DNA from: Elioraea sp.
GTDB lineage: Bacteria; Pseudomonadota; Alphaproteobacteria; Acetobacterales; Acetobacteraceae
Assembly: GCF_051860475.1 (NCBI RefSeq)
Contig: NZ_JBHYDW010000006.1
Span: 3,174-67,173, forward strand
Length of the DNA: 64,000 nucleotides
Direction: 5' to 3'
The notes beneath the pieces are model-generated. The model was not told the origin of the DNA and ran no database searches. It saw only the letters and a program-made list of their open reading frames with translations. The position numbers and the translations under genes are program-made. Each line of letters opens with the position of its first letter. Positions within the stretch are counted from its first letter, which is position 1. Positions 9,665-19,063 of the stretch are shown here, in pieces.

Positions 9665-9883
9665 CGCTTGCGTAGGCAAGCCAAAAGATGATTGTGACAA
9701 CAGCGTTCAAGAAATCTCTCGCTTAAAATGTAGAAACTCGGTCGAAACAGCATGTTAGCCGGCCCTTAGCCGGACCCCGGCCTTCATCCAACTGTCATCA
9801 AAATGCAATCGGAGAGTCTCGGACCGCACGTAGAACGAGGGCGCGGCCTGCGTAAGGCCGCGCCCTGGAAGGAGGTCAAAAAG

Positions 9884-9991
9884 ATGAGCCCCTTTGAGGC
9901 CATCACTGTAAGCCTTCTAGGCCTAGGGGTCCTCTGCCGAGCCCTCGACATCTACCTGAAGTGGAAGACCGGCAGCGGCTCAAAGTCCTAG
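9884..9991 (+). CDS. 35-aa hydrophobic peptide, candidate type I toxin
   Basis: MSPFEAITVSLLGLGVLCRALDIYLKWKTGSGSKS. Strong GGAGGT RBS. Flanked by perfect hairpins 9838-9866 and 9998-10026. Lies in a locally lower-GC patch. Confidence 0.65.
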   Translation: MSPFEAITVSLLGLGVLCRALDIYLKWKTGSGSKS

Positions 9992-10103
9992 GGTGGGGGT
10001 CCCCCCTTTGTGCAGAAGGGGGGACCTTCCAGGCGGTCTATTACCGCACACTACTCGCGCTGGGCAATACGATCTCCTAGCAGCGGGAAGGAGGACGAGC
10101 ACC

Positions 10104-11147
10104 CTACCCCAACCCGCGCACGAGTGGCGGCCCCAGCACGTTCGCGACCGGCACCGGCAGGCGCTTCCAGAGCGCGATGAACAGCCGGTACTTCGGGTTG
10201 CTCGGGTTGTTCTCGGGGATCGCCGCGCCAGGGGCGAGCCGGTAGCAGTAGTGCAGCTGCTCGGGCTCGAAGCCCCAGTTCTTCTTGTAGTCGAACGCGC
10301 CGGTGCCGGACTTGGAGCGGCCGAAATCGAACCGCGTCGCCCCCCGCTCGTTGCCGGCCCGGCGCATCACCTCCCAGTACATCACCTCGTTGGCCGAGAG
10401 CTGGCGCGCGGCGACCGTGCCGCCGCCGTAATAGGGCAGCACCTCGCCCCGGAAGTGGAAGTTCAGCACCGCGGCGGCCGGGCGTCCTTCGTGCAGCACG
10501 GTGGTGACGTCGTGCTCGTCGGGGAACGCCTCGGCGAGGGCACGGAAATACCGTCGCGGGAACACCGGCGAGCCGAGGTTGCGCACGGACTCGGCATAGA
10601 CCCGGTGCAGCGTGTCGGTGTCGCTGTTCGAGACCGAGGTGAGCCCGCGCTTGAAGCCCTTGCGCACTTCGGCGCGCTGCTTGCGCGGGATGTTGCGCGC
10701 CATGTCCTTCTCGTCGTCGCCGGTGAGCGCGATGGCTTTCCGGAACGTGTAGTAGAGCGGCGGCCGGGCGGCCCAGCCCGGGTCCTCGGCGGCGATGCGG
10801 CGGAACTCGAGCGCGGGCGCGCCAAGTTTCGTCTGCAGATCGATCGCATGGGCTTCGAGGGCGGCGGCCGCCTCGGGTGTCGCGGCCGCGGTGCCGCCAT
10901 AGACGCAGAACGGCGTCGAGGCGAGCACGTCGCCGAACAGCAGCGTCTTCATGCGCGCGAGCGGCAGCACGCCGACGATCGCGCCGTCCTGCTCGGCATA
11001 CGCGTAGTGCGTCGCGTGGCCGAACACGTCGCGGATCACGCGTTCCCAGCCAGAGCGATGGAAGAACGTCGCCGCCTCGGTCGCGCGCACGAAGTCGTCC
11101 CAGGCGGGTGCACTCGCCGCATCGAGGACGCGAATGCGGACGGTCAT
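10104..11147 (-). CDS. FemAB-family XrtA/PEP-CTERM system protein (TIGR03019-type), 347 aa
   Basis: Start MTVRIRVL at 11147 (GGAG RBS). Motifs WDDFV....ATFFHRSGW, IPRKQRAEVRKG, YAESVRNLGSPVFP..YF, FDFGRSK.GTGAF.YKKNWGFEP. Confidence 0.93.
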   Translation of the reverse strand: MTVRIRVLDAASAPAWDDFVRATEAATFFHRSGWERVIRDVFGHATHYAYAEQDGAIVGVLPLARMKTLLFGDVLASTPFCVYGGTAAATPEAAAALEAHAIDLQTKLGAPALEFRRIAAEDPGWAARPPLYYTFRKAIALTGDDEKDMARNIPRKQRAEVRKGFKRGLTSVSNSDTDTLHRVYAESVRNLGSPVFPRRYFRALAEAFPDEHDVTTVLHEGRPAAAVLNFHFRGEVLPYYGGGTVAARQLSANEVMYWEVMRRAGNERGATRFDFGRSKSGTGAFDYKKNWGFEPEQLHYCYRLAPGAAIPENNPSNPKYRLFIALWKRLPVPVANVLGPPLVRGLG

Positions 11148-11157
11148 GCGCGTCTCC

Positions 11158-11979
11158 TCAGCGTTCGGCGCGTTCGAGGATGCAGAACTTGCCGGCCATT
11201 GGCAGCGGCATGTGGCGGACGAAACGTCCGGCCGAGGCATCAACGAACTCGTCGACCGCAAGCTGCGCACCCTCGGAGAAGAAACCGTAGTCGTCCACCA
11301 CAATCCATCCACCGGGCTGCAGCACGCGGTCGAGGAACTGCAGCGCGTCCCGGATCGGCTCGTAGAAGTCGAAATCGACATAGGCGAAGCAGGCCGTGTC
11401 AGGCACATCGGGCCGCGCGAGAGTCTTTTTAATCCAGCCCTTGATCAGCCGCGTCCGCTCCGGCGGGAAGCCTCCCTTGGCCAGCTTGTCGCGCACCTGG
11501 TCCTCGGTCGCGCGCATCTGGCCGCGATACGCTGCCATCGAGCCGAGCCCGGCGATGTCGTCGATCAGCCGGTCCTTCCCGGTCGGCTCGGGCAGGCCCT
11601 CGAAGCTGTCGAACAGCCAGAGCGTGCGGGTCGGGTCGTGCAGGATCTCCTGCGCGAGCAGCCGCGACGTCGCGCCCTCGTTGCAGCCGAACTCGCACAC
11701 ATCGCCCGACAGCGCGAGTGCCTGGTGCAGATGATGGACGATGTAGATCGCCTCGCCGACGGTGGTGCCGTGCAGCTCGTGCAGCGCATCCGCCCGTCGC
11801 CCGTCCCGCGGCAGGTCAGGGAAGACGAAGCGCCGGTACAGCTCCTCGATCTCCACCACGTCCTTCTTGTGGACGGCGCGCATGGTCCGCAGCTGGCGCC
11901 ATTCGTCTTGTGCGACGGCTACATAGCCGAAGCGGTCGAGGAGGGTTCGGCCGGCAGCTCGGAGCATTGAAGAAAGCAT
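11158..11979 (-). CDS. TylF/MycF-family O-methyltransferase
   Basis: GDVCEFGCNEG, LWLFDSFEGLP, AYVDFDFYEP, LQPGGWIVVDDYG. Confidence 0.88.
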   Translation of the reverse strand: MLSSMLRAAGRTLLDRFGYVAVAQDEWRQLRTMRAVHKKDVVEIEELYRRFVFPDLPRDGRRADALHELHGTTVGEAIYIVHHLHQALALSGDVCEFGCNEGATSRLLAQEILHDPTRTLWLFDSFEGLPEPTGKDRLIDDIAGLGSMAAYRGQMRATEDQVRDKLAKGGFPPERTRLIKGWIKKTLARPDVPDTACFAYVDFDFYEPIRDALQFLDRVLQPGGWIVVDDYGFFSEGAQLAVDEFVDASAGRFVRHMPLPMAGKFCILERAER

Positions 11980-12052
11980 CCGGCGTGTTCCCCCCTGACC
12001 GCATGCGTGTGGCTCTCAGCGCGGCGCCGGTTAAGCCTTGCCGGGCGGCGGC

Positions 12053-12931
12053 TCACCGGCGCGGCCGCAGCACCAGCAGGTAGTCGGCGGCGTCGCGGAT
12101 CAGCGCGGTCTCGCACGCCTCCCAGAGCAGCGCGCGCACGACGTGCCAGACCGGCAGCGCGTCCTCCTTGATGTCCTCGATCACCAGCACGCCATGAGCG
12201 GAGAGCGCATCGAGCGCGAACAGCAGAACCGCCAGATTCGCGCCCGGCGAATGCAGCCCGTCATCGATGATCACGTCGAAGCCCTGAGCGCCCGCGATCG
12301 CACGCAGTTCGGCGAAACTTGCGAGATCCGTCTGGTCGACGAACACCGTCGCGATCCGCTCCTCGCGGAACAGGATCGCCCGGTCGACATCGGCGCCGTG
12401 GATCTCGGCACCGGGCAGGTAGTCGCGGAACGCGCGCAGCGAGGCGCCCGGCCGCCCCTCGACGCCCATGTGCGAGGCGATCGCGGTGTTCGGCGTGCCG
12501 AGGCCGATCTCGAGCAGCCGCGAGACCCGCGGCAGATCGGCGAAGACCTTGGCGTAGACGTAGTGGTAGCTGTGGAAATTCGCCTTGTCGCTGCCGTAGC
12601 GGTTCAGGAGTGCGGCGAGCGCCTCGGCCTCGGCATGGCGCTCGGCGCAGAATGCCTGCGCGGTCACCTCCTCGAACACCGCCGGCCGATCGCGGCGCAG
12701 CAGCAGGTTCAGCAGCGGGAAGGTGCTGCGCACCGACTGCCAGGTCAGGTCGGCGAGCAGGCCCTGGCTGCCGCGGGAGTTCGGCACGAAGGCCGGCAGG
12801 TCCTTGAGGACCCGCTCGCTCATCACCTGCTGGCCGACCTGCTGCCTGATGCGGCGCTTGATCGCCCCGCTGAACGGCATCGCCCGTGCGGCGAACGAGA
12901 GCAGGGAGTCGATCGTCTGGTCACGCGGCAT
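12053..12931 (-). CDS. Class I SAM-dependent methyltransferase (sugar O-methyltransferase-like)
   Basis: YGSDK..FHSYHYVY, LLEIGLG, GASLRAFRDYLP..IHGADVD, FDVIIDDGLH, GVLVIEDI. Confidence 0.8.
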   Translation of the reverse strand: MPRDQTIDSLLSFAARAMPFSGAIKRRIRQQVGQQVMSERVLKDLPAFVPNSRGSQGLLADLTWQSVRSTFPLLNLLLRRDRPAVFEEVTAQAFCAERHAEAEALAALLNRYGSDKANFHSYHYVYAKVFADLPRVSRLLEIGLGTPNTAIASHMGVEGRPGASLRAFRDYLPGAEIHGADVDRAILFREERIATVFVDQTDLASFAELRAIAGAQGFDVIIDDGLHSPGANLAVLLFALDALSAHGVLVIEDIKEDALPVWHVVRALLWEACETALIRDAADYLLVLRPRR

Positions 12932-12952
12932 CCGGCTCTCCGTTTTTCCGGC

Positions 12953-13798
12953 TCATGACGCCGCGATCGTGGGTGCGAACACCTGGTCCATCCGGCCCCA
13001 GGCGAAGTCGCACAGCAGCCGGGCGACGCGCCCTTCCATGGCCGCGAGCCCGACATAGTGGCGGAAGCGCGCGAGCCGCCCGGCCGCCACGCGCGGCTGA
13101 TCCGGATCGACCTCCCAGGGGTGGAAGTAGAACAGTCCGGCCGTGCCGCCGGCGTTCACGCGCCTGAGCCCGGCGCGGAACAGCGCGTAGGGCACCAGGC
13201 GGAACCAGCCGCCGCCGGCGCAGGGCAGGTTGCGCCCGCCCACGCGCACCGTGGTCATCGGCAGTTCCACCACGCCCGAGGGGTCCGGCCAGTGCGGGCC
13301 GCGCGGCGCGTCCGGCTCGCCGTACAGGTCGTGTTTCACCGGGAACACCGAGGATGAGTAGCGATGCCCCTCCTCGGCCAGCACCGCATGCGCCCACGGC
13401 GCCGAACGCCGGCCGATCGAGAAGGTCGGCGCGCGGTAGCCGATCACCGTCACGCCGCCCGTGTCCTCCAGCACCGCCTTGGCGCGGCGGAGATCGGCGC
13501 GGAACGCCTCCGGCCCGATCGCATGCACCAGTTCGTGGCCGTAGCCATGGCTCGCGAGCTCGTGGCCGCCCGCGACGATGCGCCGGATCAGCGCCTTGTG
13601 CCGTTCCGCCACCCAGCCGAGGGTGAAGAAGGTCGCGCGCACGTCCGCGCCCTCGAACAGCGCCAGGATGCGCTCGGTGTTCGCCTCGACCCGGCGCGGC
13701 AACGACTCCCAGGCGGAACGGCCGATCGTCCCGGCGAAGGCCTGGACCTGGAACCAGTCCTCCACGTCCACGCTCATCGCGTTGACGGGAGCGCTCAT
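12953..13798 (-). CDS. XrtA system polysaccharide deacetylase (TIGR03006-type)
   Basis: NAMSVDVEDWFQV, ATFFTLGWVAER, HELASHGYGH, GYRAPTFSI, FYFHPWEVDPDQPR. Confidence 0.95.
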   Translation of the reverse strand: MSAPVNAMSVDVEDWFQVQAFAGTIGRSAWESLPRRVEANTERILALFEGADVRATFFTLGWVAERHKALIRRIVAGGHELASHGYGHELVHAIGPEAFRADLRRAKAVLEDTGGVTVIGYRAPTFSIGRRSAPWAHAVLAEEGHRYSSSVFPVKHDLYGEPDAPRGPHWPDPSGVVELPMTTVRVGGRNLPCAGGGWFRLVPYALFRAGLRRVNAGGTAGLFYFHPWEVDPDQPRVAAGRLARFRHYVGLAAMEGRVARLLCDFAWGRMDQVFAPTIAAS

Positions 13799-14805
13799 CG
13801 CCGCCCTTCCAGCCCCGAGAACAGGTCCATCAGCCGGTTGAACAGGCGCTCACGCCGCGCCGCCTGGATCTCCAGCATCTCGATCCGGCGCGCGAGATCC
13901 GCGATCGCCGAGGCCGGCACCGTCCCGCCCTCGTGCGCCGGCTGATGCTGCGCGGCGAACTCGCGCAGCGGCGCCCGGCCCGCGGGCTGCCCGCCGGTGA
14001 GATCCTCCTCGAGCTCGCGCGCGGTGATCTCGACCATTGGCGCGGTCAGCGTCTGCGCGTGTTCGAGCGCGCCGCCGAGCAGCACGCGCGCGCAGAGCCG
14101 GTTGATCCGGCGCGGGATGCCGGAGCTGAAGCGATGGACAAGGTCGAGCGCGGCCGGCTCCCACTGCGGCGTGCCGGACCAGCCGACCGCGCGCATGCGG
14201 TGCTCGACATAGGCATGCGTCTCGTCCTTGGAGAGCCCGCCGAGATGATAGGAGGCGAGCACGCGCTGCCGGAGCTGGTCGAGATCGGGGCTGGCGATCG
14301 TGCGGCGGAGCTGCGGCTGGCCGAGCAGGATGGTCTGCAGCAGCGCGCGGCCGTCCTCGGTCACGTTCGAGAGCATGCGGAGCTCTTCGAGCGCCGAGGG
14401 CGGCAGCCCTTGCGCCTCGTCGACGATCAGCAGATGCCGCCGACCGACGCTCTCGCCTGCGCGCAGCGCGTCCATGATGCCGCGCAGCACGGCGGCCTTG
14501 GTGCCGTCGGAGGCGACGCCGAAGGCGTCGGCGACGAGCCGCAGCAGATCGTCGCCCGCAACCTGGCTGGTCATGATGCGCGCGACGGTGAAGCTTGTGG
14601 GATCGAGCTCGTCGCAGAGCCGCTCGACCAGCGTGGTCTTCCCCGCACCCACCTCGCCGGTGATGATCACGAAGCCCTCGCGCTGCGCGAGCCCGTAGAC
14701 CAGATGCGCATGCGCGCGCGCGTGCACGCTCGAGGCGAAGAACAGCCGCGCATCCGGCGTCATCAGGAACGGATGCGCGGTGAAGCCGTAGTAGTCGAGA
14801 TACAT
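13795..14805 (-). CDS. XrtA/PEP-CTERM system ATPase (ExeA-like, TIGR03015-type)
   Basis: MYLDYYGF...PF.MTPD, Walker A GEVGAGKT, Walker B LLIVDEAQ, GIPRRINRLC. Confidence 0.93.
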   Translation of the reverse strand: MYLDYYGFTAHPFLMTPDARLFFASSVHARAHAHLVYGLAQREGFVIITGEVGAGKTTLVERLCDELDPTSFTVARIMTSQVAGDDLLRLVADAFGVASDGTKAAVLRGIMDALRAGESVGRRHLLIVDEAQGLPPSALEELRMLSNVTEDGRALLQTILLGQPQLRRTIASPDLDQLRQRVLASYHLGGLSKDETHAYVEHRMRAVGWSGTPQWEPAALDLVHRFSSGIPRRINRLCARVLLGGALEHAQTLTAPMVEITARELEEDLTGGQPAGRAPLREFAAQHQPAHEGGTVPASAIADLARRIEMLEIQAARRERLFNRLMDLFSGLEGRR

Positions 14806-14817
14806 GGGGTGGCCCCC

Positions 14818-16572
14818 TCAGAAGGTCTTCTGCAGCGCCGCCACGATGATGTTCTGCAGCACGCTGCCGTCGAGCCCGCCGCCGTCGCGGTAACTCACAC
14901 GGTAGCTCAACGAGCCTGCCAGGGTCGGGTTGATCAAATGTGTCAGCGCGGCGCCGGCGGTATAGTTGTTGGTGTCGCCCCGGCCTTCCCGCGTGCTGAT
15001 GCCGTAGCGGGCGAAGGCGCTGAGATTGGTCGCCTCGTCGAGCGGGCGCGACCAGCTCACGCTGATCGAGGAGGCCTTCTGCGCGAACTGGGGCGTGGTC
15101 TGATCCGGCGCCGCCGCGACCGGGCGGCGGTTCTCGTGGGTCAGCGCGAGCGTGACGACGTCACGCCTGAGCATGTGGCTGAGCGAGACCGTGGCGCTGC
15201 GGGTGCGGAACAGCCCGCCCTGGATGCCGAGCAGCGAGCCCGCCCCGGAGGGCAGCACCGGCGCGCCGGTCTGCGCGTCCACCGGGTTGCCGAGCGGGTC
15301 GAGCACGATCGCCTGCAGCAGATCCGAGGCGCTCAGCGCCGAGGTGCTGATCCGGTCGGTGTAGCTCGCGAAGATCCGGGTGCGCGGCCCGAGCTCGGTC
15401 CGGCCCTGCACGAAGGCCGAATCGTAGCCGTCCCGGCGGCCGTACTTGACGGTGATGGAGGTCGCCTCGTTGGGCGTGAAGCGCACGCCGGCGGCCCAGA
15501 TCAGCCCCTCGAACCGGGTCACGGGCACGGTGTTGTAGCGCTGCTGCTCGTAGCCGACCTCGACCAGCCCGGCGATTGCGCGGGTGATGGCGTAGCCGGC
15601 CTCCAGCAGCACATCCCGGCGATAGGCGCCGTCATAGATGCCCTGGCCGTCGAACTCGGTGGCATTGACGCTGCCCTGCAGCAGCAGCCGGCCGAAATCC
15701 TCACCCGAGCGGATCACCGCATAGCCGGTGTGCGAGCTGAACTCCGAGGCGCTGAAGCCGACCGGACCGAACCCGGTGTTGCTCGGCGCCCGGCGGTCCG
15801 TCGCGCGGCTCTGGTCGGTGAAGCTGTAGGTGTAGCCTGCGCGCAGCGTGGCCAGGTTCCGGAAGCGCTGTACGATGTAAGGCGAGATCGAGGCGGTGAA
15901 GGTCTGCACCTGGTCGTTGCGAGTGATCGCGGTGTTGTCGTCCTGGGCGAAGCCGCTCGACAGCGACTGCACCGAGGCCGAGGCGCGGGCGTCGAGGAAC
16001 AGCAGATCCGGCACGAGGATCGTCGACACCTGGCCGAACCCGCGATGCACCAGCTGATTCTGGTCGCTGTTGCTGACGTAGAAGCTGGCGGTCGGCGCGT
16101 AGCTCAGCGTGCCCTGCATCCGCGCCGTATCGGCCCGCACCAGGATCCCCGGCGTGACGCCGAAGATCAGGTCGGATTGCCGGTTGCGCGGCGTGCCGCG
16201 GATGTTGTCGTTGAAGGTCAGGCTGAGGCCGAGGCTCGGTGTGATGGTCCAGGCACGGGGCGGCCCGACCGGAGCGGCGTAGAGGGCGGTGAAGGGGAAG
16301 CCGAGTGTGCCCGGGCGGAATGGCGAGTCCGGGGCGACGAAGGTGCCCGGGGCGGGCGGCGGCGCGGCGCGGGCCGGCGGAGCCGGCGGGCCGGCCGGGG
16401 CGGGGGAGAGATCGGTCTGCGCGGCGCCGGGCGGGGCAGCGAGCAGGGCGAGCAGGGCACCGGACCACCCCGCATGCCGCAGCGGCCCGAACAAAGTGGG
16501 CCGTGCACCATCAGGGGGACGGAACGATCGGCGCGCGGTCCTAGCCGCTCGGCGGCGCAGCGTACGCATCAT
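14818..16572 (-). CDS. PEP-CTERM system outer-membrane beta-barrel protein (TIGR03016-type)
   Basis: WTITPSLGLSLTFNDNI, amphipathic beta strands, terminal Phe (LQKTF), canonical position. Start uncertain. Confidence 0.85.
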   Translation of the reverse strand: MMRTLRRRAARTARRSFRPPDGARPTLFGPLRHAGWSGALLALLAAPPGAAQTDLSPAPAGPPAPPARAAPPPAPGTFVAPDSPFRPGTLGFPFTALYAAPVGPPRAWTITPSLGLSLTFNDNIRGTPRNRQSDLIFGVTPGILVRADTARMQGTLSYAPTASFYVSNSDQNQLVHRGFGQVSTILVPDLLFLDARASASVQSLSSGFAQDDNTAITRNDQVQTFTASISPYIVQRFRNLATLRAGYTYSFTDQSRATDRRAPSNTGFGPVGFSASEFSSHTGYAVIRSGEDFGRLLLQGSVNATEFDGQGIYDGAYRRDVLLEAGYAITRAIAGLVEVGYEQQRYNTVPVTRFEGLIWAAGVRFTPNEATSITVKYGRRDGYDSAFVQGRTELGPRTRIFASYTDRISTSALSASDLLQAIVLDPLGNPVDAQTGAPVLPSGAGSLLGIQGGLFRTRSATVSLSHMLRRDVVTLALTHENRRPVAAAPDQTTPQFAQKASSISVSWSRPLDEATNLSAFARYGISTREGRGDTNNYTAGAALTHLINPTLAGSLSYRVSYRDGGGLDGSVLQNIIVAALQKTF

Positions 16573-17509
16573 AGCCGCCGTATGCGCCGAAGGTGTCGTT
16601 GGCTGTCAATACCGCACGGTTGAGCAACAGCTGCAGGTTCGGGCAGGCCTCGACCAGATCGAGCGCCGCCTCGACCTCGGCCCGCTGGGTCCGCTCGGCC
16701 TCGACCACCATCACCACCTGGCCGACGATCGGGGCGAGGATCGGGGCGTCGGAGGTGGAGAGGCAGGGGGGTGTGTCGAGCACGATGATGTGGTCGGGCA
16801 GCGCGGCGGCGAGCCGCGACAGCGCCGCCGTCATCATCGTCCCGGGTGTCATGACCGGCTGGCCGGCCGGGTGCGGCCCGTAGGACAGGAAGGAGAGGCG
16901 CGGGACCGCGGTCGGCACCAGCAGCGCCTGCGGGGCACGGTTCGGCTCGGCGGCGAGCATGCGCAGCCCGGGCGTCTCGGCATGGCCGAGCAGGCGGCTG
17001 ACCGAGAGATGCTTGCCGTCGGCATCGACCAGCACCACCGGGCGCGCGCCCGAGCCCGCGATCGCGGCGGCGAGGTTGAGCGCGGTGAAGGTCTTGCCCT
17101 CGCCCGGCCGGGCCGAGGCGATCATCACCATGCGGCCGCAGCGGCCGTCGACCGAGGGCGTGGTCTTCACCGTGCGCAGCACGGCGTGCTGGGTGACCGC
17201 GATCTCCTCGGAGATGCGCGACCGGCCCGGCCCGGTCGACCCGGACACCAGCCCGGCCTTCACCATCACGTCGAGCGGGATCGGCGGGAGCGCGGCCGGG
17301 GCGGGTTGCCCGGCCGGCTGGGTCGGCGCGGCGGGCCTGGGGGGCGGCGTCAGCGCCGCGGGAGCCGCGGCCGGCAGCGTGGGCGGCGGGGTGGTCTGCG
17401 GGGTGGTCTGCGGCGGGACGGCCGGGCGCGGGTCGCGCGCCTCCATCCCGCCCATCGCCTCGACGGCACGCTCGACCAGGTGGGCGCGGCCCTTCGGCGC
17501 GGAGTTCAT
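16541..17509 (-). CDS. XrtA-associated tyrosine autokinase (Wzc cytoplasmic domain, TIGR03018-type)
   Basis: SARPGEGKTFTALNLA, VVLVDAD, IIVLDTPP, Tyr-containing tail FGAYGGYDAY. Confidence 0.92.
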   Translation of the reverse strand: MNSAPKGRAHLVERAVEAMGGMEARDPRPAVPPQTTPQTTPPPTLPAAAPAALTPPPRPAAPTQPAGQPAPAALPPIPLDVMVKAGLVSGSTGPGRSRISEEIAVTQHAVLRTVKTTPSVDGRCGRMVMIASARPGEGKTFTALNLAAAIAGSGARPVVLVDADGKHLSVSRLLGHAETPGLRMLAAEPNRAPQALLVPTAVPRLSFLSYGPHPAGQPVMTPGTMMTAALSRLAAALPDHIIVLDTPPCLSTSDAPILAPIVGQVVMVVEAERTQRAEVEAALDLVEACPNLQLLLNRAVLTANDTFGAYGGYDAYAAPPSG

Positions 17510-19059
17510 GCGATCAGCCTCGCGACCAGATTGGGGACCTTCGCCATCAGCGCCGGACCGCCCGCCACCACCACGCCATAGGCCGCGATGAGCAGCGCGA
17601 GCCCGGCGGCGAAGGCGACCGCGGCGCCGGCGCGGCGCACCGGCCGGGCGGAGGAGATCGCGCCGAGCACCGGCAGGCCGAGCTTGCGCAGGTCGTGCAC
17701 GGTGTAGAAGCCGCGGTCGAGCTGCACCAGCAGCAGCGCCAGCATGCCGCCGGCGCCGAGCCCGGCGAACAGCACGCCGGTGGCGAACAGCAGCCGGTTC
17801 GGCCCGATCGGGGTCAGCGGCACGGTCGGCGGCTCGACCACTTCGAGGCGCACGCGGTCGGCATCGGTGCGCGCGGCCCCGGCGATCTGCAGCGACTCGC
17901 GCCGCGACAGCAGCTCCTCGTAGTTCCGCCGCAGCACGTCGTAGTCGCGGTTGAGGTTGACATACTCGGCCTGCAGCTGCGGCGCCGTGCGCAGCAGGTT
18001 CTCCAGCCGCTCGACCTCGGCCTCGACGTCGCGGATCTGGCGCTCGAGCGAGGCGATCTCGGAGTCGCTGTCGAGCACGCGCAGCTTCAGCTGCTCGTGC
18101 AGCGGATTGGGCGCGCCGCCGCCGGCCGCTGCGCGCGGCGCGCTGCTGCTGCCGCCCCCCCCGCCGCCGCCGCGGGCTCCCTGCGCGCGCAGCTCGGCGA
18201 TCATCGCGCGCGTGGCGAGCACCTCGGGGTGCTGATCGGTGAAGCGCAGCAGCAGGTCGCGCAGATTGCGCTCGGCCGTGGCGAGGCGCGGGTCGCCGCC
18301 GCCGCCGCCGCCGGTGGCCGGGCCGGCGAGCGTGGCGGGGGTATTGGCGAGCTGCTGCTGCAGCAGGATGCGCCGCTGGGTGGAGTCCTCGTGCTGGCCG
18401 CGCAGCGCGGTCAGCCGCCCGCGCGCCTGGTCGAGTTTGCTGACGCCGCCGAAACTGTCCGACGGCAGGAGGTCGATGTAGCGGGCGCGGAACTCGGCGC
18501 GCTTCTGCTCGACCGCGCGCAGCTGCGTCTCGTAGCTGGCGAGCTGCTGGGCGACGAACTGGCGCGCGGTCTGCATCTGCTGGCGGTCGGTGCTGGTGGC
18601 CGCCTCGATGAACAGGTTGATCACGGTCTGCACCACCGCATGCGCCATCCGCGGCTCGTGGTCACGGAACTCGACGCGGAACAGGCTGCGCGTCTGCGGC
18701 ATGATCCTGATCTCGCGGCCGAGCCGCTCGATCAGCGCCTCGCGCGAGGCAGGATCGGTCACGCGCAGGTCGAGATCGGTGCGCGCGACCACGCGCTCGA
18801 GGTTGGGGCGGCTGAGCAGGGTGCGCTGGAGCGTCTCGACCTGACGTTCGGGCGCGCCGTCGGTGGCGATGTCGCGCAGCACCGAGCCGAGGATCGCATC
18901 CACGTCGGCATAGACGCGCGCATTCGCCTGGTAGACGTCGGGCATCCGGTAGACCGCGATCCAGCCCACGCCGCAGACCAGCCAGGCCAGCAGCAACGCC
19001 TTCCAGCGGTGCCGCCAGCTGGCCGCGGCGTAGCGTCGGATCAGCGCGCCAATGTCCAT
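17506..19059 (-). CDS. XrtA system polysaccharide chain-length determinant (TIGR03007-type), 517 aa
   Basis: Start MDIGALIRRY at 19059. Two TM segments, a coiled-coil periplasmic region, LNRDYDV.R.NYEELL.RRES, VVEPPTVP..P.GPNR. Confidence 0.92.
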   Translation of the reverse strand: MDIGALIRRYAAASWRHRWKALLLAWLVCGVGWIAVYRMPDVYQANARVYADVDAILGSVLRDIATDGAPERQVETLQRTLLSRPNLERVVARTDLDLRVTDPASREALIERLGREIRIMPQTRSLFRVEFRDHEPRMAHAVVQTVINLFIEAATSTDRQQMQTARQFVAQQLASYETQLRAVEQKRAEFRARYIDLLPSDSFGGVSKLDQARGRLTALRGQHEDSTQRRILLQQQLANTPATLAGPATGGGGGGDPRLATAERNLRDLLLRFTDQHPEVLATRAMIAELRAQGARGGGGGGGSSSAPRAAAGGGAPNPLHEQLKLRVLDSDSEIASLERQIRDVEAEVERLENLLRTAPQLQAEYVNLNRDYDVLRRNYEELLSRRESLQIAGAARTDADRVRLEVVEPPTVPLTPIGPNRLLFATGVLFAGLGAGGMLALLLVQLDRGFYTVHDLRKLGLPVLGAISSARPVRRAGAAVAFAAGLALLIAAYGVVVAGGPALMAKVPNLVARLIA

Positions 19060-19063
19060 GGTC

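Noticed and set aside
9803-9883. Upstream ATG extending the small peptide to 62 aa
   Set aside because: The extension runs through the 12-bp hairpin, and the strong RBS lies in front of ATG 9884.
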